Source: an uncultured Peptoniphilaceae bacterium (GTDB lineage: Bacteria; Bacillota; Clostridia; Tissierellales; Peptoniphilaceae). From it: 64,000 nucleotides of DNA. Below are positions 51,883 through 60,861 of this stretch, one piece after another. A program made the position numbers and the translations under genes. The stretch lies in the NCBI GenBank assembly GCA_943912255.1, contig CALTTP010000001.1, positions 127,356 to 191,355 on the forward strand, written 5' to 3'. How positions within the stretch are numbered: position 1 is the first letter of the stretch; every line of letters begins with the position of its first letter. The notes beneath the pieces were generated by a model, which worked only from the letters and a program-made list of their open reading frames with translations, had not been told where the DNA came from and searched no databases.

Positions 51883-52467
51883 CTATGATATGGAAACTAT
51901 TCCTGAGAAACCTATAAAGGCAAGAGCCATTATACCTGTTATTATCAGGGTAATAGGGGCGCCTCTAAGGCCTGCTGGAAGAGAGTTCTCGTTGATTCTG
52001 GATCGGATACCTGACATGGAGATTATTGCTAATGCCCAACCTAAACCTGAACCTAATCCAAAGAATAGAGATTGCATAAAATTATATTCTCTGATTACCA
52101 TGAAAAGGGAAACCCCAAGTATGGCACAGTTTACGGTTATTAGGGGTAGGAAAATTCCTAGGGCATAGTACAAATTCTCAACATATTTTTCAAGTATCAT
52201 TTCAAGTAATTGTACAAAGGCTGCAATTACAATGATAAATACGATAAATCTCAAGTATTCTAGTCCAAAATATTCAAGTAATTGATAAACAAAATAATTT
52301 AATACAGTAGTAACAGTTAAAACAAATGTTACTGCCACTCCTAGTCCTGTTGCAGTCTCAACTTCTTTACTGACGGCAATAAATGAACACATTCCCAAGA
52401 AGTTTGAAAATATCATATTGGAAGTAAAGATTGAGGCAAAGAAAATTACTAATGGATGGATGGTCAT
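51883..52467 (-). CDS. RnfA/NqrE-family membrane subunit
   Basis: 194 aa, 6 TM. The N-terminus IFFASIFTSNMIFSNFLGMCSFIAVS is typical of RnfA/NqrE. Confidence 0.85.
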   Translation of the reverse strand: MTIHPLVIFFASIFTSNMIFSNFLGMCSFIAVSKEVETATGLGVAVTFVLTVTTVLNYFVYQLLEYFGLEYLRFIVFIIVIAAFVQLLEMILEKYVENLYYALGIFLPLITVNCAILGVSLFMVIREYNFMQSLFFGLGSGLGWALAIISMSGIRSRINENSLPAGLRGAPITLIITGIMALAFIGFSGIVSIS

Positions 52468-53075
52468 TACTTTTTCACCTCTTCCTTCTTATTAACTAGG
52501 TTGTATACTATCCACATAATAATAGGTAGTATGAAGAATGCTCCTGGAGGCATTACCATTAATGTCCATGGAACAAATCCTTCAGGCATTATTCTAAAGC
52601 CAAAAACTGAACCAAATCCCAATATTTCTCTAATAATGGACACTGCCAGTAGAACCAAGGTATAACCGATTCCTGCTGCAAATCCATCTACTAAAGAACT
52701 TAGAGGAGGATTGGAAATAGCATAGGCTTCTGCTCTACCCATTATGATACAGTTGGTTATAATCAAACCTACATAGGGTCCAAGAGTCTTACTCATGGAA
52801 GGCATATAGGCCTTTAGAAATATATCAACTATTATTACGAAGAAGGATATTATAAATACTTGAACCACCATTCTGATATGTTTAGGTGTAATATCCTTTA
52901 ACAACGAAATAAAGAAAGAGGATAGGGCAGTAGTAAAGGTAAGTGCCAAACCCATTATAAGGGAGTTTAAGGCAAGGTTTGTCACCGCCAAAGCAGAGCA
53001 AATTCCGATAACTTGTATAAGAACCGGGTTATCTGTGATAATTCCGGCTTTTATAATCTTCTTATATTTGTTCAT
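52467..53075 (-). CDS. RnfE/NqrD-family membrane subunit
   Basis: 202 aa. DNPVLIQVIGICSALAVT is typical of RnfE/NqrD. Confidence 0.85.
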   Translation of the reverse strand: MNKYKKIIKAGIITDNPVLIQVIGICSALAVTNLALNSLIMGLALTFTTALSSFFISLLKDITPKHIRMVVQVFIISFFVIIVDIFLKAYMPSMSKTLGPYVGLIITNCIIMGRAEAYAISNPPLSSLVDGFAAGIGYTLVLLAVSIIREILGFGSVFGFRIMPEGFVPWTLMVMPPGAFFILPIIMWIVYNLVNKKEEVKK

Positions 53076-53683
53076 TAATTAGACCCTCCTTCTTTTTGTA
53101 TAAATTCCTTTAAGTTTTTATTTACCATATCGGTTACAAAAGTGGAAGTTTGAGTTGCACCTGCAATGGCATCTATATTACCACCTTGGGCAGGTTTATT
53201 TACAACATATTTATCTCCTTGAGGATTTGAGATATCAATTCCTCTATATTGTTCCTTATAAGGAGATTCAGAAATTCTTCCTCCAAGGCCTGGAGTTTCA
53301 CTTTGACTGATAAATTCAATTCCCGTGGTTTCAGTAAAGTCCTTATTAACACCTAAATATCCTGTAATTGTTCCCCAAAGGCCAGGGCCTACAAAGGGTA
53401 CAGCATATCCTTGAACTTCTCCATCCTTATTGTATACGAAGTATTTTGTATCCTTATAGTCTTTTTCTTCAATATTTTCAGAAAAAACTTTGTCAATCTC
53501 TTCAGGATTAGATGAATCTACTGGAATATCAAATACATAGAGTATCTTATCCTTTAACTCAATCTCTGAATTGAATTCGACAATTGGCGTTGTTACCTTA
53601 TTGATAAAAGCTAAGATAAACACAAGAACTGCTGATAAAATTAGCATAAAGACAATAGGATACATAACTGATTTCTTCTTCAT
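53075..53683 (-). CDS. RnfG/NqrC-family FMN-binding subunit
   Basis: 202 aa with an N-terminal TM anchor. FMN-attachment context SETPGLGG...AIAGATQTS. The size is RnfG-like rather than NqrC-like. Confidence 0.8.
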   Translation of the reverse strand: MKKKSVMYPIVFMLILSAVLVFILAFINKVTTPIVEFNSEIELKDKILYVFDIPVDSSNPEEIDKVFSENIEEKDYKDTKYFVYNKDGEVQGYAVPFVGPGLWGTITGYLGVNKDFTETTGIEFISQSETPGLGGRISESPYKEQYRGIDISNPQGDKYVVNKPAQGGNIDAIAGATQTSTFVTDMVNKNLKEFIQKEGGSN

Positions 53684-54660
53684 TAATTTGTCTCCTTTGC
53701 TACTTTATTATTCTTTGCCTGTTTTCTTTTTCTAACAACATAATCCATTATAGGCCCAAAGATATTACCTATTAGAATTGCAAACATCATACCTTCAGAG
53801 AAAAGTGCAAACCCTCTAATTATTACAGATACTGTTCCTATGATAAGTCCATAAATAAATTTTGCAGGTCTTGTCTTTGGTGCAGAAATAGGATCTGTAG
53901 CCATAAAGACAGCACCTAGTAAAAATCCTCCTGATAGCATTGAGAATATTGGATTAGGAACAGATTCAACTCCCATAAAGTTAAAAATTAAGGTCATTGC
54001 TGTTAAACCCGCTACACATGATACCATTATTTCCCAAGAAGCTACCTTCTTGTAAATGATATAAATAGCGCCAATAAGTATAAGAAGTTTTGATGTTTCA
54101 CCAATTGCTCCTGGAATATTTCCTAAGAACAAATCCATGTAATTTGTGATTTGTCCACCATTTCTAAATGCAAGCATTGGTGTGGCTGTTGTTACTTGGT
54201 CGATCATAGGATTCATCCATTTATTCAAAGATCCTATTCCACCAAGAACTGCTTCGTTCCAATTGATAGTCAATGGTTGAGGGAAGTTAACATATACAAA
54301 AACCCTACCTACAAGAGCTGGGTTGAATACGTTTTTACCAAACCCACCAAAGACTGCTTTACCAAAAAATATTGCAAAGGCAATACCTAGTGCTGACATC
54401 CAAAAAGGTATGGATACCGGCAATGTCATAGTATAGAGAACAGCAGAGATAATTGCGGCTTCAGAAATTTTCTTTCTATTGTAAATCTTATTTTCCGTAA
54501 TAAACTCAATAAGACAGGCTACAATAATATTGAAAACCGTCAGACCTAATACCCTCCAACCAAATGCGTAGATTGAAAAGAGCAAGATAGGTAAGAGAGC
54601 AATTAATACTGTCCTCATCATTTTTTGTTTCATAAAATATTTTTCATATAATGAAACCAT
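53683..54660 (-). CDS. RnfD/NqrB-family membrane subunit (RnfD-like size)
   Basis: 325 aa. Motifs GKNVFNPALVGRVF and VTTATPMLAF (FMN-Thr site). First gene of the operon; nothing upstream on this strand except a 150-bp promoter region. Confidence 0.85.
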   Translation of the reverse strand: MVSLYEKYFMKQKMMRTVLIALLPILLFSIYAFGWRVLGLTVFNIIVACLIEFITENKIYNRKKISEAAIISAVLYTMTLPVSIPFWMSALGIAFAIFFGKAVFGGFGKNVFNPALVGRVFVYVNFPQPLTINWNEAVLGGIGSLNKWMNPMIDQVTTATPMLAFRNGGQITNYMDLFLGNIPGAIGETSKLLILIGAIYIIYKKVASWEIMVSCVAGLTAMTLIFNFMGVESVPNPIFSMLSGGFLLGAVFMATDPISAPKTRPAKFIYGLIIGTVSVIIRGFALFSEGMMFAILIGNIFGPIMDYVVRKRKQAKNNKVAKETN

Positions 54661-54810
54661 TAACTCACCCCCGTTAATATGATTATAACACTTTTAGAAT
54701 TTAAAATTCATATTAATTTGGTTTTGTTACAAAAAAACCATAATAATCACATTATTTTTTAGGGTATAATGAAACTGTGAATAAAAAATGATAACTTAAG
54801 TGGAGGAATT

Positions 54811-55128
54811 ATGAATTATATTAAAGTAGAAATATTTGTACCCTTTAATTCATCTGAGGACTTAATGAAAGAGATTAACAAACTGGGAGTATTAAAAGAA
54901 AAAAATTATGATTTTTGTTTTTCTGAAACCAAAGTCAAGGGTCATTTCAGACCTTTAAAAGGTTCAAATCCGACTATTGGAGATATAGATAAAATTGAAG
55001 TTGTAGATGAGAGCAAGCTGGAATTTAGAATTTTAGAGGAGGATTTACAAAAAGTGCATTTATGTATATTGGAAAATCATCCCTATGAAGTTCCAGTAGT
55101 AAATTATATTAGATTGGTTGAGGTATAA
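54811..55128 (+). CDS. Small CutA-like / PII-fold protein (possible divalent-cation tolerance protein family)
   Basis: 105 aa. The C-terminal HPYEVPVVNYIRL resembles the CutA HPYEVPE(I/V) motif. The N-terminal part does not match the canonical CutA pattern well. Confidence 0.35.
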   Translation: MNYIKVEIFVPFNSSEDLMKEINKLGVLKEKNYDFCFSETKVKGHFRPLKGSNPTIGDIDKIEVVDESKLEFRILEEDLQKVHLCILENHPYEVPVVNYIRLVEV

Positions 55129-55129
55129 A

Positions 55130-58100
55130 ATGAAAATTAAAATAAAGGACAATTACAGTTTTGATGAGATAAAAAACTTGCTATTAGGTTCCTATTGTCT
55201 AGGGGTTTTACAAGAGGATGAAAAATTTCCTATAACATCTAAAGATGAGGGATTAAATTTTTTTGAAAGCTTAGATATATTGGAAAATTATTTAAATATG
55301 GATGGTGAAAATGACGGCAAATCTATAAAAGAAGATAGAGACTTTGATTATATGCCACCTTTTTCTAGGAAACCAGAAACTTTGGAAAACTTATTTACTC
55401 CTGGATTTTTAATGGAGGACTCTAATGGTGATGGACTTTGTGACGATGCTAACTTTTCTATAGTGGTAAAAGATTTAAGTCCTTTTATGGTGGAAGCCCT
55501 ATCAAATCTTATGTATAGATTTGGGTTAGAGTCAACAGGAGGAACTTTACCATCTGTTGTGGAAGAAGAAAATAATAAAAATTTTGTTAAATTCGTAAAA
55601 GATGATAGAATTTATATTGAATTTTTCAAAAATGACCCTAAACAAATTTTAGTCCATGGAGATGGAGAAGAACTTGTAAAATTTACTACTTTGTTTTGTG
55701 AGAACTTCCCTTTTATAAACAATGGCATGGACTTGTTCGACTATATTAAACAATTGGAAGATATGTTTTCTTTACAGACTTCAGAAGGTCAATATGTGTT
55801 TTTAAATTCTACTAAGATCGATGAAGATGGCTCCGACTTTCTAAATTCCATAGGTGTTCCCTGTGATAATTTCTACAAAGATGACTTTTGTTATTTTGAA
55901 CCAGATTTTCTAGATAGATTTCCTGAAGTAAAAAGGGAATTCACCAATATGAAAATCCAATCCTATAAGGAACCTAAGGAGATTTGGTCCAGGGACTTCC
56001 CGATTGAATGGGAAGTTGAGGATTTCTTAAAGGTATTTGAAAAAGGTCTATCATCTATAAAGGAATCAGATGAAGTGGAAGTCTTTGGAGTTTTAAGTGA
56101 AGATGACCTGGTCTTAGATGATTTGAAAAGGAAAATTGAGAACAAGCTTGATTTTTTGAATTCTAGTCCAGAAATTAATCTTGTCTCTTCATATAAACAG
56201 GGACTTTCATATTTTATGCGACATATTTATCCAAGGATTAAAGAAAAAAATATTGAAGAAATCCTGATTAAATTTAATCCTTTTTTACAGCATGGACAAA
56301 AATTCCAAGATGTAGAGGAAGGCAGTGTTCCCAGCTATTCCATTAAAGAAGGGGATAGTCAAAGATTCTTAGACATGCCCATTAGATTCTTACAAGAACT
56401 TTATCCTATTGACGATATCATAGAAAAAACTTTAGGTTTAGATAGAGATAAAGTGTGTTTTAGTATGAATGAGGATGTTGAAGACTGGGATTACCAATTT
56501 ATTATTAAAGAATTTGGTGGTAGAGAAGAGTCGTTTAAATACTCAGTGGAATTATCGGAAAAACCGTATTTAGAGGAATATCCAAATTTAGGACTGGTTC
56601 ATCCCAGTACAGGTCATATTGCCATTAAGGTAAATGGAAAATGCCTAATTTCAGAAAACATACAAACAGATATGGAAAGAATTTGGGATATCTACCAAAA
56701 GAATGTACTGCCAGAAGTTTTGGAAGTCCTTGAAAAATCCAGTGAACTAAAGGAGTCAGACCAGCCTCTTTTCAACTGTCTAGACCTTAGGGTAGAGGCT
56801 TCTGAACCAGATATGGATTTGGATATTAGACAGGATAGAATCTCCTCTTTAGAGGGATTGCATCAAGATCTATATTTTAGTGGCTTGGATTATTTTTCTC
56901 AGTTTGGTTTAAAAAGAGATAAGGGTAATTTGGACAGCCCTGGACTGATTTTACCAAGGATTAAAAAGGGTAATGGGAAACCTAGCTTTAAAGCAATACT
57001 ATATAAAAACAAGGGCGAGTCTCCTGGAATATTTGAAAAACAAACACCTAGGATATTAACTTCCAATGGTGAAAAGGCGTTTTTTAAACTGGATAAAATT
57101 GGATACGATGCTGATAAAGTCAAAGTTTATATAGATACAAATCTTCACTATACTTTAATCGAATCCCTGATAGACTTGGTTAAGTTTAATAAAATCGAAA
57201 TATATCCATTTTTAAGAAGACCATATAATGAGAATTTAGAGATTGTCTTTAAAAATGAAAACGGAGAATTTCCATTAGAACAACCTATTGTAGGGGATGA
57301 GAATCCTATAGACATAGAAGATATCAATCTTTATGAGGATGATATCATTGACTATAACAAATATATGGAGATTATACAAAAATTAAAAAGGGTCAGAAGA
57401 ATTCAAGTAGTAGAGAGGGGCAGATCCTATCTAGGTAGATCTATTTATTCTGTAGAATTTGTTCAGCCCTTTGTATCTAGAAGAAACCAAGTGATGAACA
57501 AACCTACGATTTTTATAAATAATAGACATCATGCCAATGAGGTTTCTTCCACAAATGAAGCTTTTATGCTAATAAAAAAATTGTTAGTGGATGAAAAGTA
57601 TAAAGACATAAAGGATGAAATAAATTTAATAATCTTGCCTTTAGAAAATGTAGACGGAGCACAGATACATTATGAGCTACAAAAGGAAAATCCAAAGTGG
57701 AAGCTTCATGTGTCTAGGTTCAACTCCTTAGGCAAGGAGTTTTTTAGAGATTGTTTTAATGAAGACACAATTCACAGTGAAGCTCTTGCTTTTACAAGGA
57801 TATATCATCGTTATTTACCGGATATGGTAGTGGATAATCATGGGGTTCCCAGTCATGAATGGGATCAACAATTTTCTGGTTATTCCTCACCTTCCTATAG
57901 AGGGTTTTGGTTGCCTAGAAGTTTGATGTATGGATATTTTTGGTATGTAAAAGGGGATAAGTTTTCTAATAACTTCTATATGAACAAAGTCATAGAAAAA
58001 GCCATTGCTGAGGGTTTTGAAAAGGATGAAGAATTTACAAAATCCAACTTGGAATGGAAGGACAGATTTGAAAAATACGCTCATAGATATATGCCAAATA

Positions 58101-58420
58101 TGTTTCCAGCAGAATATTATAAAAATATGATTCATTACTGGATAGGCTTTGACCATGATATTAATCATCGTTATGTATCCATAAAGTATCCTAATATTAC
58201 CTCAGTAGCCTATACTTCTGAAGTTGCTGATGAGACTGCTCAAGGAGAGTATTTAAATAAATGTGCAAGGGCCCATCTACTTCATGATGAAATCATAATA
58301 GATTTAATCAGAGAACAGGAAGTTAAAACTGTTAAAAAATTTAAAAATAATGGCAATGCCGTTATTATATACAATAAAAGGCTTAGGCCTTTAATTAAGG
58401 AGGAGAAATGGAATATTTAA
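55130..58420 (+). CDS. Large cytoplasmic multidomain protein with C-terminal M14 (zinc carboxypeptidase)-like domain
   Basis: About 1096 aa from ATG 55130 (RBS GAGGT). No signal peptide. M14-like zinc-ligand pattern: HHANE (57526-57540), LENVDG, DNHG (57833-57844) and a downstream TSEVADE acidic motif. The N-terminal roughly 750 aa have no recognisable motif. Confidence 0.55.
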   Translation: MKIKIKDNYSFDEIKNLLLGSYCLGVLQEDEKFPITSKDEGLNFFESLDILENYLNMDGENDGKSIKEDRDFDYMPPFSRKPETLENLFTPGFLMEDSNGDGLCDDANFSIVVKDLSPFMVEALSNLMYRFGLESTGGTLPSVVEEENNKNFVKFVKDDRIYIEFFKNDPKQILVHGDGEELVKFTTLFCENFPFINNGMDLFDYIKQLEDMFSLQTSEGQYVFLNSTKIDEDGSDFLNSIGVPCDNFYKDDFCYFEPDFLDRFPEVKREFTNMKIQSYKEPKEIWSRDFPIEWEVEDFLKVFEKGLSSIKESDEVEVFGVLSEDDLVLDDLKRKIENKLDFLNSSPEINLVSSYKQGLSYFMRHIYPRIKEKNIEEILIKFNPFLQHGQKFQDVEEGSVPSYSIKEGDSQRFLDMPIRFLQELYPIDDIIEKTLGLDRDKVCFSMNEDVEDWDYQFIIKEFGGREESFKYSVELSEKPYLEEYPNLGLVHPSTGHIAIKVNGKCLISENIQTDMERIWDIYQKNVLPEVLEVLEKSSELKESDQPLFNCLDLRVEASEPDMDLDIRQDRISSLEGLHQDLYFSGLDYFSQFGLKRDKGNLDSPGLILPRIKKGNGKPSFKAILYKNKGESPGIFEKQTPRILTSNGEKAFFKLDKIGYDADKVKVYIDTNLHYTLIESLIDLVKFNKIEIYPFLRRPYNENLEIVFKNENGEFPLEQPIVGDENPIDIEDINLYEDDIIDYNKYMEIIQKLKRVRRIQVVERGRSYLGRSIYSVEFVQPFVSRRNQVMNKPTIFINNRHHANEVSSTNEAFMLIKKLLVDEKYKDIKDEINLIILPLENVDGAQIHYELQKENPKWKLHVSRFNSLGKEFFRDCFNEDTIHSEALAFTRIYHRYLPDMVVDNHGVPSHEWDQQFSGYSSPSYRGFWLPRSLMYGYFWYVKGDKFSNNFYMNKVIEKAIAEGFEKDEEFTKSNLEWKDRFEKYAHRYMPNMFPAEYYKNMIHYWIGFDHDINHRYVSIKYPNITSVAYTSEVADETAQGEYLNKCARAHLLHDEIIIDLIREQEVKTVKKFKNNGNAVIIYNKRLRPLIKEEKWNI

Positions 58421-59100
58421 AATTATTAGGTATTTTAGTTGTTATTGTCGGTTTTGCATTAAAATTTAATTCTATTTTAATCATCATCGTCGCAATGATT
58501 ACAACTGGATTACTAGGGGGACTGAGTCCTCTAGAGCTTTTAAGTGTAATCGGTGAAACTTTTGTAGCCAATAGAGCTATGGCTATATTCATATTGATAA
58601 TGCTTGTAACAGGAACATTGGAGAGAAATGGACTAAAGACAGCGGCTTCCAATTTAATTGGAAAGTTCAAGTCTGCAACTCCTGGAAAAATAATTGGAAT
58701 TTATGGAGTTATGAGAGGAATCTTTGGTGCCTTTAACGTAGGATTTGGTGGTGTAGCAGGTTTTGTTAGACCTATAATCATGCCAATGGCTCAAGGTGCA
58801 ATTGAGACTAATGAAGGTCATGTAGATGAGCTTTATTTGGATAAGGTTAAAGGAATGGCATCCGGTATGGAAAATATTATTTGGTTTTTCACTCAAGTGC
58901 TATTTGTTGGAGGATCTGGAGCTCTTTTAGTTCAAGGAACATTAAAATCCCTAGGATATGATGTAGAATTAATAGAACTTGCAAAGGTTGAAGTTCCAGT
59001 AGCTCTATTTGCAGTTATCTTCACTGTAGGATATTACATCTTAAGGGACAATAGACTTAGAAAGAAATTTTATGGTTCAAATAGCAAGGAGGTGGCATAA
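58408..59100 (+). CDS. DUF969-family membrane protein (pcp-associated)
   Basis: 230 aa, multi-TM. RBS GGAGGAG. Start overlaps the giant ORF's stop. Canonical partner of DUF979 next to pcp in Firmicutes. Confidence 0.5.
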   Translation: MEYLKLLGILVVIVGFALKFNSILIIIVAMITTGLLGGLSPLELLSVIGETFVANRAMAIFILIMLVTGTLERNGLKTAASNLIGKFKSATPGKIIGIYGVMRGIFGAFNVGFGGVAGFVRPIIMPMAQGAIETNEGHVDELYLDKVKGMASGMENIIWFFTQVLFVGGSGALLVQGTLKSLGYDVELIELAKVEVPVALFAVIFTVGYYILRDNRLRKKFYGSNSKEVA

Positions 59101-60050
59101 TGGGTTTAGAATTTTTCACCTCTGCTGATGTCACTTTAGGTCAAAAAATCTTAGAAATTATATATGTCATCATAGGTTTGATTTCCATGTATACGGGTAT
59201 TAAAAATTTGAAGGATGATGAAAATCCTGAAAAATTTGGAACATTTTTATTTTGGTTTACACAAGGTATTGTAATTGCCTTTGGAAGATTTATTCCAAAT
59301 ACAGTCAATGGTATATTGATAATCATCATGGTTATTCCTGCAATTATAGGTAAAGTGAAATCAGGTAAGGACAGTTCACCAACCCATGAAGAAGTAACTA
59401 CTGCCTTTGATAAAATAGGTATGAAAATATTTATACCTGCATTGGCAATAGGGGTATTTGCTGTAGGATTTGCCCTTTTTACGGATTTAGGAGCTTTGGT
59501 TGGAGTAGGAGCTGGTATTTTAGCAAGTATGATAATCCTAATGATCTATTCAAAGGATAATACTTTTTCAGTCTTCTTAAAGGATTCAGAAAGACTTTTA
59601 TCACAAGTTGGACCATTGTCCACCCTTCCTATGCTACTAGCTTCCCTAGGTGGAGTTTTTACAGCTGCAGGAGTAGGAGAAGTTATAGCCAATATAGTTG
59701 GTAGGATAATCCCAGAAGGTAATGTAAATATGGGTATTATCGTATATGCTCTTGGAATGATGTTATTTACCATGATTATGGGAAATGCCTATGCAGCCAT
59801 TACAGTTATGACAGTAGGTATAGGAGGACCTTTCGTATTAGCTCATGGTGCTAACCCTGCACTAGTAGGGATGTTGGCTTTGACCTGTGGATACTGTGGA
59901 ACTCTTTTAACCCCTATGGCGGCTAACTTCAACATTGTCCCAGTTGCTCTATTGGAGATGAAGGACAACTCTGGAGTTATTAAAGCCCAAGTCATACCAG
60001 CTTTAGTGATGATAGTGTTCCAAATTGCTTATATGATAATGTTTAAGTAG
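59100..60050 (+). CDS. DUF979-family membrane protein (pcp-associated)
   Basis: 316 aa, multi-TM. ATG overlaps the DUF969 stop (TAATGG). Confidence 0.5.
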   Translation: MGLEFFTSADVTLGQKILEIIYVIIGLISMYTGIKNLKDDENPEKFGTFLFWFTQGIVIAFGRFIPNTVNGILIIIMVIPAIIGKVKSGKDSSPTHEEVTTAFDKIGMKIFIPALAIGVFAVGFALFTDLGALVGVGAGILASMIILMIYSKDNTFSVFLKDSERLLSQVGPLSTLPMLLASLGGVFTAAGVGEVIANIVGRIIPEGNVNMGIIVYALGMMLFTMIMGNAYAAITVMTVGIGGPFVLAHGANPALVGMLALTCGYCGTLLTPMAANFNIVPVALLEMKDNSGVIKAQVIPALVMIVFQIAYMIMFK

Positions 60051-60087
60051 AATTGTAGTTTAAGATTCATAGAACTTTTATAGAAAG

Positions 60088-60744
60088 GTGAGATATATGA
60101 AGATATTAGTTACAGGTTTTGACCCTTTTGGGGGAGAGAGTATTAACCCAGCCTATGAGGCGGTTAAGGAGCTTCCAGATCAAATTCAAGGGGCTACTAT
60201 AATAAAAAAAGAAATACCAACAGAATTTAAAAGAAGTGGAGAAGTTTTAAAAGAACTTGCCTTAGAATATAAACCCGATGTGATTCTCTGTGTCGGACAA
60301 GCAGGGGGAAGATCAGGTATAACAGTGGAAAGAGTAGCAATTAATTTAGCAGAAGCAAGAATTGCCGACAATGTTGGATTCCAACCTTCAGATATGGAGA
60401 TAATTGAAGGAGGTAAACCAGCATATTTTGCTACAATTCCAGTTAAGAATATGGTAGAAAAAATACGTGAAAGAGGATTACAGGGAAATATTTCCTACAC
60501 TGCAGGAACTTTTGTATGTAATTCCATTATGTACAATGCCTTGGCAATTGCTGAAAAGGAAGTGCCAGGAGCTAAGGCTGGATTTATCCATGTACCTTTT
60601 TTACCGGAACAAGTTACTTCGAAGGTAGAAGGAACTCCTTCAATGAGTAAGGAATCCATAACTGCAGGACTTCAAGCTGCAATTGAAGCCATTATAGAAT
60701 ATGATGGTGAACAAGCAGATATAAAAGTTGGAGAAACTCATTAA
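60088..60744 (+). CDS. pcp: Pyroglutamyl-peptidase I (pyrrolidone-carboxylate peptidase, C15)
   Basis: MKILVTGFDPFGG N-terminus. Catalytic Cys in GTFVCN and His in GFIHVP. 218 aa. Confidence 0.9.
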   Translation: MRYMKILVTGFDPFGGESINPAYEAVKELPDQIQGATIIKKEIPTEFKRSGEVLKELALEYKPDVILCVGQAGGRSGITVERVAINLAEARIADNVGFQPSDMEIIEGGKPAYFATIPVKNMVEKIRERGLQGNISYTAGTFVCNSIMYNALAIAEKEVPGAKAGFIHVPFLPEQVTSKVEGTPSMSKESITAGLQAAIEAIIEYDGEQADIKVGETH

Positions 60745-60756
60745 TATTAAAATATT

Positions 60757-60800
60757 GAAGCCGTTGGGGATAGGACTAGTAATATCCCTAACGGCTTTTT
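60757..60800 (+). terminator. Rho-independent terminator after pcp
   Basis: aagccgttgggga...tccctaacggctt stem (one G-U) followed by TTTTT. Confidence 0.75.
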
Positions 60801-60805
60801 AATTG

Positions 60806-60850
60806 GAAAAAAAAGAGAGGCCTAATAATTAGGCCCCTCAAAAAAAGGAA
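60806..60850 (-). terminator. Rho-independent terminator of the convergent minus-strand ABC operon
   Basis: gaggcctaat/attaggcccctc stem flanked by A-runs on the + strand, which are T-runs on the minus strand. Confidence 0.65.
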
Positions 60851-60861
60851 TTTCTTGTAAG

